From Macrostomum lignano (taxonomy: Eukaryota): DNA of 64,000 nucleotides. Location of the stretch: assembly GCA_002269645.1 (NCBI GenBank), contig NIVC01001206.1, forward strand, positions 44,563 to 108,562. The letters run 5' to 3'. A program made the position numbers and the translations under genes. The notes under the pieces are model-generated. The model ran no database searches. It saw only the letters and a program-made list of their open reading frames with translations, and was not told the origin of the DNA. This document shows positions 1-11,385 of the stretch, in pieces. Every line of letters begins with the position of its first letter. Position 1 is the stretch's first letter.

Positions 1-633
1 TCTCTCCCTGTCTGTCTCTCCCTGTCTGTCTCTCCCTGTCTGCATTTCCCTGTCTGCATTTCCCTGTCTGTCTCTCCCTGTCTGTCTCTCCCTGTCTGCA
101 TCTCCCTGTCTGTCTCTCCCTGTCTGCATCTCCCTGTCTGTCTCTCCCTGTCTGCATCTCCCAGTCTGCATCTCCCTGTCTGCATCTCACTGTCTGCATC
201 TCCCTGTCTGTCTCTCCCTGTCTGCATGTCCCTGTCTGCATCTCCCTGTCTGTCTCTCCCTGTCTGCATCTCCCTGTCTGTCTCTCCCTGTCTGCATCTC
301 CCTGTCTGCATCTCCCTGTCTGTCTCTCCCTGTCTGCATCTCCCTGTCTGTCTCTCCCTGTCTGTCTCTCCTTGTCTGTCTCTCCCTGTCTGTCTCTCCC
401 TGTCTGTCTCTCACTGTCTGTTTCTTCTTGTCTTTCTCTCTTAGTCTGTCTCTCCCTGTCTGTCTCTCCCTGTCTGTCTCTCCCTGTCTGTCTCTCCCTG
501 TCTGTCTCTCCCTGTCTGTCTCTCCCTGTCTGTCTCTCCCTGTCTGTCTCTCCCTGTCTGTCTCTCCCTGTCTGTCTCTCCCTGTCTGTCTCTCCCTGTC
601 TGTCTCTCCCTGTCTGTCTCTCCCTGTCTGTCT
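1..633. repeat. 14-bp minisatellite (TCTCTCCCTGTCTG with TGCA variants), intronic
   Basis: Direct tandem repetition of the unit from the window start to ~633. It lies downstream of the donor at 678-683 of the minus-strand gene. Confidence 0.95.
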
Positions 634-683
634 ATAGAAGAAAACGCAACTATGTACATTAGAAATGCACTTTAAGCACTTAC

Positions 684-3600
684 TGTTTTTCCTGCACAGC
701 CCATTGTTGCCTGGCACAGCTGTGTACACTGTGGCGATAATTTTGCCGCCGCTGTCTCTCTTGACTGGCTTCAGCACGTGCACTTTAGAAGAATCTAGGA
801 AGTCCATCGGGCCGGAGGTTGGTAGGGTACCGGAGCCGCAGCATTTGATGTAATTTTCTTGGTTCCTCTTGCAAAATTTGTTTACCTCGTCGGCGACTTT
901 GTTTTTTAGTTCATTAATTATCTTGGGGAGCTGGAGAGAGGGCAGATGTTGCTAAAAATTAGACTATAAAATTGGGTATTAAGATTTGTTCAATTGTAGG
1001 TTGTGGGTTTGTGGGTTAAATATACCGACTGCAGATATTAGAGTAGATAGTCGGGTAGATAATATGGTAGAGAGTAGGATGCGTATAGTAGGTTAGATGG
1101 TTTAGTAGATAGTAAGTAAGATTTATAATAGGGTCGATGATATGATAAATAGTTGAGTAGATAATAGGGTGGGTGATAGGGTAGATAGTAGGGTAGATAG
1201 TAGGGTAGCTAGTAGGTAGATACATGTAGTTCGGTAGATACTCGGGGTACATAATCGGCAGTACGCAGTCGGGCAGGCTGCTTACATCGCTGTCAGGGAT
1301 GGCTTTGTCCCCTTCAGGGGCGACTGGCACCTTAAGGCCGCCGCTAATCAACACTTCGGGTATTTCACATCGCTCGCCAAAGAAGCCGGTGTGGCACAGG
1401 CATTTGCACGGCTCCGTTGGCGGCCCGGCGTCCCGGCCGCCGTTCAGGCAGGGTGTGCCTTTTCTGCGACAAGCGCCGCAGGTTGGCGACACGGTGCCGC
1501 TGCCTCCTTCATTTTGAGGGAGACAAACAACTGATGAACACCTGATCTTATTTATTAACTATGCCATCGTCTATCCAACTATTATGTCAATATCTACCTC
1601 ATTATCTACCCCATTATCTACCTCATTATCTACCCCATTATCTACCCATTATCTACCCCATTATCTACCCATTATCTACCCCATTATCTACCCATTATCT
1701 ACCCCATTATCTACCCATTATCTACCCCATTGTCTACCCCATTATCTATCCCATCATCTACCTCATTATATAACTAACTATCTACCGAATTATCTATGCA
1801 ATTAATTATCCTATTATGTACGCCCTTTATTGTCTACCAAACTATCTAATTTATCGTCTACCTCATTATCTACTACATTATCTACCTGTTTATCTCAGTA
1901 TAGAAATAAAAATTTACCTGAGCAATCGAGCCCTGTAAAGCCTTTCGTGCAGTGGCAGGAGCACACATTGTCCACATCCTTTCTTTCACCGCAGTTCATG
2001 CACGGAGCGTCGCAAGCTTAAGAAAAAATCATTTACGTAAAGTTAAATTAATATGTTCTATATTTTTAAGCGGCAGTAGACAACAAAAAATGAAAAGTGG
2101 ATATTATGAAAACTTACTGACAACGGCTGATGGATTATCGCGGATTATTTCGGCCTTCTCAGATCCGCTGACGCACAACTTTTTGTAACAATAACCGCGC
2201 TCTTTAGGGCACAGCTGGCACGGAGTGGACTCTTGGTACAACATACCGGTAAATACTTTGGGCATCATGTCGTCCCTGTGAATGTGGATGTGACAAAACT
2301 ATTGAAGCCAGGTTGTGCACGCCGAATAGATACCTTATTGACGCCTATTCCAAACATCCTGGCCCAAAGCATTCGTCCGACATAGGGTAACCGCTGAGTT
2401 GCCCTGCCCACCGATGCCAACCCCACCCCATTCCTGTCTGTCTCTTATCATTTAGCCACCGATGCTACCCCACCCAATTCCTGTCTGTCTCTTATCATTT
2501 AGCCACCGATGCTAACCCCACCCAATTCCTGTCTGTCTCTTATCATTTAGCCACCGATGCTAACCCCACCCCATTCCTGTCTGTCTCTTATCATTTAGCC
2601 ACCGATGCTAACCCCACCCCATTCCTGTCTGACTCTTATCATTTAGCCACCGATGCTAACCCAACCCCATTCCTGTCTGTCTCTTATCATTTAGCCACCG
2701 ATGCTAACCCCACCCAATTCCTGTCTGTCTCTTATCATTTAGCCACCGATGCTAACCCAACCCCATTCCTGTCTGTCTCTTATCATTTAGCCACCGATGC
2801 TAACCCCACCCAATTCCTGTCTGTCTCTTATCATTTAGCCACCGATGCTAACCCCACCCCATTCCTGTCTGTCTCTTATCATTTAGCCACCGATGCTAAC
2901 CCAACCCCATTCCTGTCTGTCTCTTATCATTTAGCCACCGATGCTAACCCCACCCCATTCCTGTCTGACTCTTATCATTTAGCCACCGATGCTAACCCCA
3001 CCCCATTCCTGTCTGTCTCTTATCATTTAGCCACCGATGCTAACCCCACCCCATTCCTGTCTGTCTCTTATCATTTAGCCACCGATGCTAACCCCACCCC
3101 ATTCCTGTCTGTCTCTTATCATTTAGCCACCGATGCTAACCCCACCCCATTCCTGTCTGTCTCTTATCATTTAGCCACCGATGCTAACCCCACCCAATTC
3201 CTGTCTGTCTCTTATCATTTAGCCACCGATGCTAACCCCACCCAATTCCTGTCTGTCTCTTATCATTTAGCCACCGATGCTAACCCCACCCCATTCCTGT
3301 CTGTCTCTTATCATTTAGCCACCGATGCTAACCCCACCCAATTCCTGTCTGTCTCTTATCATTTAGCCACCGATGCTAACCCCACCCCATTCCTGTCTGA
3401 CTCTTATCATTTAGCCACCGATGCTAACCCCACCCCATTCCTGTCTGTCTCTTATCATTTAGCCACCGATGCTAACCCCACCCAATTCCTGTCTGTCTCT
3501 TATCATTTAGCCACCGATGCTAACCCCACCCCATTCCTGTCTGTCTCTTATCATTTAGCCACCGATGCTAACCCCACCCCATTCCTGTCTGACTCTTATC

Positions 3601-4730
3601 ATTTAGCCACCGATGCTAACCCCACCCCATTCCTGTCTGACTCTTATCATTTAGCCACCGATGCTAACCCCACCCCATTCTTGTCTGTCTCTTGGCTTAC
3701 TGACACCTTACATGTATTGACACCTTGCTAACACTTCAGTCCCTGTAACAACCGAAACAATTCAACAAATTAGAACTAAAAAAAACAATTTGCACCAGCT
3801 TCTTACTTTCCGCGAAAATCGCAATAAATTCTGTAAGGCTTATTGGCACCTTCGCAAGTAGACCTGGCGCAGGCAAATGTCATAGAAACGTTCTGCATCA
3901 TGTTCCGATAGAACATGCACGGCCGATAGAATTCGTTGAGTTTGCATTTCCCCGCAGCCAAAGCTACTTTGCCTTCCTTTGCTATGATCGAAATGGCCTC
4001 CGAATAAGTTATCTTTGTTTTTGAAGCCACAAATGTTGACAATCTGGTTTGCAAGGAGGAGTCGCAGCGCTGCGATTGCCAATGTGCGTCGACAGTTTCG
4101 TCCCAGGTCTGCCGAGGTAGATAGCGATAAGCGACTGCTATTATTAGATCCTATTGAGCTTTACCAAGCTAAAATATTGCACTTTCTAGAGAGCTGAATG
4201 AGAATCGGTGGCTGACTGATAAGAGACAGACAGGAATGGGGAGGGGGTAAGCATCGGTGGCTGACTGATAAGAGACACGCGGGAATGGGGTGGGGGTAGC
4301 ATCGGTAGCTGACTAATAAGAGACGGGCAGGAATGGGGTGGGAGTAGGCATCGGTGGCTGACTGATAAAGAGACAGACAGGACTGGCATCATCAGGTTGT
4401 GAATTTGGAGCAGCCAGGGCCCAAAGCAAGGCTTACCAGATATCCCATGTCGCCAGCTGGAGGATCAGCATTTGCGCGAAAATTGTTCATAGTATCGATG
4501 GCGTCCTCCCTCTCTTTGGCCGTATCCTTGTCGACGACACCGTAAAACGGCCGATCTCTGGGGTCGAACCTAGCGTCTCCTTTTTTTCCAGGAACCAAGT
4601 CGATGACGTCGGTGTACCAGAACACAGTCAGGGTTTCCTCAGCCGCAACGTTTGGCTTGCTAATAGCCAACGCAATTAAAAGCATCGATAGATGCTTTAG
4701 TACCAATCGCATGGTTATTTGCTTGTCCAT
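684..4730 (-). CDS. Secreted CAP/SCP (venom-allergen-like) domain protein with Cys-rich and EGF-like modules; spliced, 3' end outside the window
   Basis: Exons read manually: 4437-4730 (signal-peptide-like MRLVLKHLSMLLIALA, then MNNFRANADPPAGDMGYL, donor GTAAGC); 3807-4108 (TWDE...FYRNMMQNVSMTFACARSTC...IYCDF, donor GTAAGA); ~2140-2276 (GMLYQESTPCQLCP..C..KLC, donor unresolved); 1918-2016 (phase 1-1 EGF, CDAPCMNC..CSCHCTKGFTGLDC); 1286-1530 (EGF, CLNGG..CKCLCHTGFFGERCE); 684-930 (LPKIINELK...NYIKCC, donor GTAAGT). N..R..P.A.NM..L.W and CA...C...YC.Y are CAP hallmarks. Confidence 0.75.
1040..1250. repeat. Degenerate 12-bp GGGTAGATAGTA array (inverted relative of the 1565-1890 array)
   Basis: Repeated GGGTAGATAG motif; its reverse complement CTATCTACCC matches the downstream array unit. 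Confidence 0.7.
1565..1890. repeat. 12-13-bp minisatellite (CCCATTATCTAC), intronic
   Basis: Direct tandem repetition visible in the sequence. Confidence 0.9.
2408..3695. repeat. 48-bp minisatellite, ~27 copies (CCACCGATGCTAACCCCACCCCATTCCTGTCTGTCTCTTATCATTTAG)
   Basis: The period of 48 was checked by line offsets. No unique spacers. Confidence 0.95.
4197..4385. repeat. ~4 diverged copies of the 48-bp unit in inverted orientation
   Basis: GATAAGAGACAGACAGGAATGGGG..GCATCGGTGGCT is the reverse complement of the 2408-3695 unit. Confidence 0.85.
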
Positions 4731-4775
4731 CGGCGTCTTCAAAACAATGAAAAGGCTTATGTTTAGCGCTTTGAC

Positions 4776-5030
4776 TTAGTCAATTTTTTGATGTTGCGAT
4801 TCTCTGTCAATACGACAATAGGTCTTGTTTAGTTGATTACTAAACAAATTGCCGCTACTTGAGCCAGCGGACCGATGCTCGAACAGGGACAGGATCGGCT
4901 TTGGCCACAGACTTTGCAGAGCTGTTTGAAAAGAACTCGATTTTTTGTCTATGGGCGCACGGAGGAGCGATAGAGCTTTACGAAGCGATGTACTTTTAAC
5001 CGAAGCTGGAAGATGATTGTGCATGAGACC
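4776..5030 (-). CDS. Possible terminal exon of an unidentified gene
   Basis: Open frame of ~84 codons after TTACAAG|, ending TAA at 4776. No recognisable domain. Confidence 0.25.
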   Translation of the reverse strand, partial: GLMHNHLPASVKSTSLRKALSLLRAPIDKKSSSFQTALQSLWPKPILSLFEHRSAGSSSGNLFSNQLNKTYCRIDRESQHQKID

Positions 5031-5107
5031 TTGTAATTTAAGAATTTGAAACATAGCTTTGAAACCTTGTCCTTGTAAGTCTTTTCAAATCCTTTCAAGC
5101 TTCAAAA

Positions 5108-5405
5108 CAGGGGCGCCCACCATGAGACAGGGGCGCCCACCATGAGACAGGGGCGTCAACCAAGAGACAGGCGCACCAACCAAGAGACAGGGGCGTCAAC
5201 TAAGCGACGGGCGACGGGTGCCTAAACAGAGACAGGAGCGCCTAAACAGAGACAGGGGTGCCTAAACAGAGACAGGGGTGCCTAAACAGAGACAGGGGCG
5301 CCTAACATGAGACAGGGGCGCCTAACAAGAGACAGGGGCGCCTAACATGAGACAGGGGCGGGGCACCATGTGGTCAAGAGATAGGGGCGCCCAACAAGAG
5401 ACAGT
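5108..5405. repeat. ~20-bp minisatellite (GAGACAGGGGCGCCTAA-like)
   Basis: Tandem repetition with variants. Confidence 0.85.
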
Positions 5406-5432
5406 TAGATCTCGGTATTGAAAGTTTCTCTG

Positions 5433-5885
5433 TCATTCCTGCTTCGCACTTTCTTCGGTTTCCTCAGCAGCTGATCGATGTCGGCCGTCATGTCGCAGCA
5501 TCTCGACACCCAAGTGGCTGTTAGGACAGCGGCAGTATGTACGATCTGTTTGAAACATCCGTCTCAGACACAGATAGGCTCTGTACGATAACCTCAGAGG
5601 TACATGTTGATTTAGGTAACTCAGGCAGGCTCCCGCTGCACAGACGAAGAAGTGCGTCGGCGTGTTTGGCGTGGACGCTGATGACCTGCACGCTGGAGAG
5701 GCGGCTGGACTTAATTCAACCGAAGCTTCTCCGGTCTTTAAAGCAGACGAGAGAGCCAAGGGCCCCCTACTATCGAAGGCACAGCTGCAACCCTCGTTCA
5801 CCATCGTGGCGATGAGCCCCAGCCTCGGCAGAACATGTTGTCGCTCAATTTTCAGACCGGTCAGGCGACATGAGGTGGCTCTTGC
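5433..5885 (-). CDS. Probable coding exon, product unknown
   Basis: GC-richer island with ~150 open codons after TTTCTAG| (ARATSCRLTGLKIERQHVLPRLGLIATMVNEGCSC...). No family recognised. Confidence 0.3.
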   Translation of the reverse strand, partial: ARATSCRLTGLKIERQHVLPRLGLIATMVNEGCSCAFDSRGPLALSSALKTGEASVELSPAASPACRSSASTPNTPTHFFVCAAGACLSYLNQHVPLRLSYRAYLCLRRMFQTDRTYCRCPNSHLGVEMLRHDGRHRSAAEETEESAKQE

Positions 5886-6046
5886 CTAGAAAGATGCACA
5901 TGTAAATGTACAATATAGGCTGGCCGTGTTGTGTTTGAATTGGGAATTCATGCAATTACAACAAGCATTTAAAATATCCGAAGTGACCCCCACTGCCTCA
6001 AATATATAGCATCAATTCTTGACCTAAAGCGATGGCATGTTTGCAA

Positions 6047-6265
6047 GGAGGTATCCTAGTGGTGAGATCGTAGGACTCACAACTTGAAGGTCAGGGATTG
6101 GATTCCTGATCCACTGGAACAGTTTGTGTCCTTGAGCAAGACACTTAAATTGCTTTAGTTCACCCAGCTGCAAAACGGGATGCAAGCAGCTGGGGTAATT
6201 GAGGGTGTGTGTGGGGACCCCCAGTCCATGGACTGAGCAGCCTTATAGGTACGCAGCCTTCAGAT
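6047..6265 (+). mobile_element. tRNA-derived SINE with CORE-like domain (copy 1)
   Basis: A-box-like TAGTGGTGAG and degenerate B-box, then TGTGTCCTTGAGCAAGACACTTAA...CACCCAGCTG (MIR/CORE-like). The tail is shared with the copies at 14822 and 24244. Confidence 0.75.
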
Positions 6266-9200
6266 GCGCCGTGCAATAGGTGCGGCTGAGCTGTCGGTTG
6301 CACATCTGCTCATTAGAGCAGGTGCAATCAATTATTATTAATAATATTAATTGCATGTACTACGATTTGAGCTACATGTATTAAGTTAGGTGTTGTCTCC
6401 CCCGCAAAATAAGAGTCCAGCGGCTCTAAGTGTGGTGATGTTGGCAGCCAAGTGTCCACGCTCTCGTCACACCAGTTTTGGACGAGGTAGCTGTTGTGTG
6501 CTGGTGCTCCGACCATGCAGCGGAAAATCGAACCATAAATGATGTACATGTACATACACATCGACCACACTGACTGGAGAAGTCCAGAGTAAGACCTGGA
6601 TACTTGGATGTTGGTGGTCTAATCCTCAGCGGAAAATATGTGGCAGTATCACACCCCAACACAGCGAGAAACATTTGCACAAGCACTCAGAGCTGCAGCG
6701 GATGTAATTCTTACACAGAGGAGATACAAAATCTTCCTTGTGATCGCAGCTGAATGAATAAGAATTCAATACGAAGGCAGGTGATTTTGATCGCCATTTG
6801 CCCGACAGTGGGTGCGTCAGTTAGTCCACATTTACATATGCACATCTTTGATGTTGTCAAAAGACTCCAATCATGCAGCTACATGTATTTAAAAAATGCC
6901 TAAAAAATAAAAACATTAAAGGCACCGATTACAACGTAACACCCCTTCCAAAGGAAAATTTTCAAGCGTACAATGTACATGTAGCAGCCATACCGTTAAG
7001 GTGAGTCAATTCGTCCACTGATCAAAATGCACTTGCAGGATTTATATGAGCAATTTAATTACAAACTTTGGCTGCCCCACGCAAGTTTTGCTTTCCACTA
7101 AACTATATAGGATAATTACTGTATTTTCAGCATTTTAATTAAGCAGACGTTCTGTATAATTTTGACTGCTCTGTACGTGTCATATTTGAGCAGTCAGATA
7201 CATGTACATGATAAATATGTAATGTGCAGGGAGTTAAGAAGCTGCAAATCCGATCGTATCGAAAATTGGATGTTAGATTCAGCAAGTGGCTTCATCATCA
7301 CTTAAATTTTTTAACTTTAGAGCAGCTGCATGATCGGTAGCCGGATTCGAACGTGCAAATCAGATGCCGAATCTGTAAACGAATTTTGGAGCCATGCGAT
7401 AGTATGTTAAAAATTATAATAACGATTTTGAATTACATGTGCACGTGTGCATGTGTACTGCAGTACTGTACCAGATTAGAAAGAACTTTTTAGCATGCAT
7501 GTACACTGTACCGGACTGCGGGCTTTAGCTCCGCCTTTGACAATAATGCAGTCTTTAGAATTCCTGCAATCTGACAGGAAACTGTATCGGTGTATAATTA
7601 AGTGCATAGCCATCTAGCTGTAAGTGAATGTGCACTTGAGTGAAATAAGTGAATTTTTGAACGTGCTATGCCATTCGGTCCATCTGGTTACACGCGTATA
7701 ATACCTGTGATTTACGCATTTATGTTCTATCTACATGTACATGTACAAATGTGATCAATTGGATTCACGTGCTTAGAAAAGGGTAATGAGTTCAGAAACT
7801 TTACATCACGTACGAACAGCTCAGTCCGCTTAATTTAAGGCGGAAAAAATTTATTAATATACGGCGATACATTAGAGCAATACTCAATGTTGCAACGACA
7901 TATAAATGTCGATTCAAGTCACAGAGAGACAATATTCAATACTTTACCTTTGCTGATCAGTCATATTGATTTTGCCTTCTGATTTTAAGTTGAATGAGCA
8001 AAGCCGGAATTTAGAATTAGAAAACTTAAACAAATTCATTAATGCAGCCGTATTGCTACGGTAAATACAAACTAAAGTATTGACTAATACAGTAAAACTA
8101 AAGTTATTTACTTCTTGGTTTTACATAGGAAAACTACGTTTGGCATAATAGGGGGACTAAACCTAAACCCCGAAACTCCCGAAACTTTTTTTAATTAAGA
8201 CCCATCACAATTTTTTTGCAATTACAGGCTTAGAACTACAGGCTTAGACGGGACGGGTCCTAATAATTTGAATAATTACACTAATATATATATATATATA
8301 TATATCGTTAGATGTTCATAAGTTTCATTTAGCTTATTAATTTGACTATTTAGCAAGATTACTGAATATACTTGTCTCTGCTGCTAGTTCGTAAAATTTC
8401 TTTGTTTTCTTGCAGCGCCTTTCTAAAAAATAAATGAAAGCTAGGCTAGGCCTAATTGCCAGTTTGATTGATGTTGTACAAGCCTACTAGGTCAAATTAG
8501 CTTGAGTTTAACGAATCCCCGCTTCGATCGACGCTTCTTGACTTGAGTGTCCAAGACATGGAGTCTATAGTTGGAGCTTGGAGACTTGGAGTACTTAGTG
8601 TAGGGCCTAAGTGTTGTCCATCCTTGAATCTTGGAATGTTTTTTTGATAGGCATAGACCTATCTTACTATCTTTTACTTTTGGCTTTGGCTTTAAGTGAC
8701 AGATATTTCCACTAATTAGTAAATATTGCACTAGGCCTATAATATAAATATTTTAAATTAAAATGAGAATATAATGGTAGACTATATTATAGTTTTGCAT
8801 CTCACAAATCACAATGTAATATGAGCCTATTGAATTAATTATGTTTTTATTATTTGAGGAAAACCAAGAAAATGAAAGCAAACATAAACATTCTCATTTT
8901 TTCTTTAATAATACAAAATTACAATTTATTAGGCCTAATCTTCGTACTATATGTTTTGTTGACCAATCGGCATCTTTAGGCAAAATATATAGATGCAGAG
9001 AGATGGTAAATTTTTAAGTCTAGTAAGCCAAAATGATGCAAGTATGGGTTTTTTTATTGTTTTATAAAAATTATTAGTTTTTAATATTGTCTTTGTCTAG
9101 GCCTAGGCAGTATCCAGTCAATCTGGCAACAAGATGATCTAGTGACATTATCAGTGGTAATCATCATTATCAATAAGTTTTTGTATTAGGGCCTACATAA

Positions 9201-10104
9201 TCAACAGCTTTAAGTTTATCTTAAATTTAAAAACTTGAAAATTTAACTATAATAAATTAAATTAGGATTCATGCATATATCCTAGATTACAACAAGAGCA
9301 TTTACTATATGCATATATAAATCATTACCTAGATGCAGTCTTTTAATTATAAAATCTACAAAAAAAGTTGTTAGATTGTCTATTGCCACTTTAAGTAATG
9401 GCTAAAGTTCCGGTAGGCCTACTGGAACCCATAGTCAGGATGATGTATATTACGCTAGAGATTTCTGGCATATGATTGAAAATTTTACTTTTTTGGCATA
9501 CAATTGGCCTAAAAAATGAGGCAAAATATATTTGGCATACCTTTTGGCATGACGCCATGGCATAAATATGCCAAGCAGCGTATGCCAACTCCAACCTTCA
9601 CGCCAAAGTTAATATTAACAATTGTTGGCATAACGCCGTGACTTCAAAATCTAATTATAAAATCATAAAAACCACAAAACTTGTAAGATGAAAGTTCATT
9701 AACTATTCGTGATTTATAAAAATTTAAAATTCCACGCAAACTAATTGTGCAATTTTCTGAAGAAAACTTAAACAAAAAATTGATTTTTTTGGCATTATCT
9801 GTAAGCCAATTTACTTTAAATGAAAACCACACATTTGTTCAATTTTAATTGTTAAAAATTGTTAAAAAATGTGTAACACACAAAAAAGGTCATTTATTGT
9901 CGCAAAGCCTAAAAAACCTGGCATAAGTTCCTAGGACCTTGGTGTACATTTTAGTATGAAGTGGCATAGATTTTTTAGGGGACTTTTTTTTCCAGCGTAT
10001 ACCATGACATGATCCTGACTATGGACTGGAACCCATTTTCTAATGGCTATGGATCCAACAGTCTTTTGCAGGCAGTTATCTATTAATGAAGTCTTTAAAT
10101 ATTA

Positions 10105-11385
10105 TTATCTGATTGTCGGGAAAGTTCTTTTACATGTACATTCCAGAACATTCTATTTGTGCTTGTTCTTGGAACATTCTGGAAAATTCTCGATGTAATG
10201 TGCATATAAATAGTGAATAGTGTGCATACAAAAACTACAATAGATACATGTAAACATTCTTTGCTTGACTATCTGAAATGGCAAAAGATACTCTGCTCTC
10301 GAAAGACCTGCAGCGCATGCTGCTTCTCTACGACTTTCGCTCTGGCAAGAGTGCAAGTCAGTTGGCCACCCACATCAATCCTGCATTATGTGCGGGAACC
10401 CTCACTCATCAGACTGCCAACAATTGGTTCAGGCGATTCAAAGATGGGGATGAGGGCCTCAAATACAAGCCACGCAGTGGCCGGCTGGCAGAGCTCAACG
10501 ACAGTGCACTTGAGCAGCTGCTTGAGTGGGACACCCGGCAGACTACACGTGAGCTGGTGGCACAGCTGGGTGTGCATCACTCAACTGTTGCTGACCACCT
10601 TCACCGTCTGAACAAGAAGCCAAAGCTGGGATGTTGGGTGCCCCACCAGCTGACCGCCACTGACATGGACTGGTGCATTGAGGCCGCCCTCACCATGCTC
10701 TCCCGATCTCACTGTCCGGATTGGCTAGATGATGTGGTGACAGGTGACAAAAAATGGTGCCTCTATGTCAACATCCAACGCAAGCAACAGTGGGTTGATT
10801 CTGATGCAAAGCCAGAGCGAGAGGCCAAGGCTGAGCTGCACCCCAAGAAGGTCATGCTTTCAGTCTTCTGGGACAAAAGGAATAACAATGTGGGAGCTGC
10901 TGCCGAAGAACAAGAGCATCAATGCTGCCTTCTACCAGGAGCAGCTTGAGTGCCTGCAGCAGAAGCTGGCTGAGGTGTGCCCTGAACATCGCCAGGTCAT
11001 CTTGCTGCACGATAATGCACCTGCACATAAGACACAGTCGACCCATCAGAAGCTGCTCGAGCTGGACTGGGAGATTCTTCCCTATTCACTGTACAGCCCA
11101 GATCTTGCACCCACTGATTATCACCTGTTTGCTGCCCTCGACCATTCTATGGCTGGCAAGGAGTTCAATGATGAGGATGACCTGAAGACCTACCTGACAA
11201 ACTTCTTTGAGGGCCAGCGCCCAGAGTTCTACAGCCAGGGCATCTGCTCCTTGCACACACACTGGCAGAGGGTTATTGACCATGATGGTGACTACATTTA
11301 AGATTGATAAACCCATTGTCTAGAAAAGTGTTACATTTAATAAAATTTTGACAAATGTAAAAATTTTTTCCTAACAATCAGATAA
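10105..11385 (+). mobile_element. Mariner (Tc1/mariner, D,D34D) DNA transposon, 1281 bp
   Basis: Imperfect ~30-bp TIRs TTATCTGATTGTCGGGAAAG.. / ..TTTTTTCCTAACAATCAGATAA, TA on the left flank, typical mariner length. Confidence 0.9.
10278..11301 (+). pseudogene. Mariner transposase with one frameshift near 10870-10880
   Basis: N-terminal HTH region, WVPHQL, VVTGDKKW, LHDNAPAH and YSPDLAPTDYHLF, with 34 residues between the last two Asp. The frame changes at W-D-x-x-G-I (TGGGACAAAAGGAATA). Confidence 0.9.

Noticed and set aside
187-807. 206-aa ORF with [14 protein letters not shown] repeats
   Set aside because: The real exon ends at the GTAAGT donor (683); the rest is the intronic 14-bp array.
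2408-3695. Regular 47-55-bp arrays (also 41868-42435 and 61412-62745) as CRISPR arrays
   Set aside because: Units are contiguous with no unique spacers, the context is eukaryotic and intronic, and there are no cas genes.
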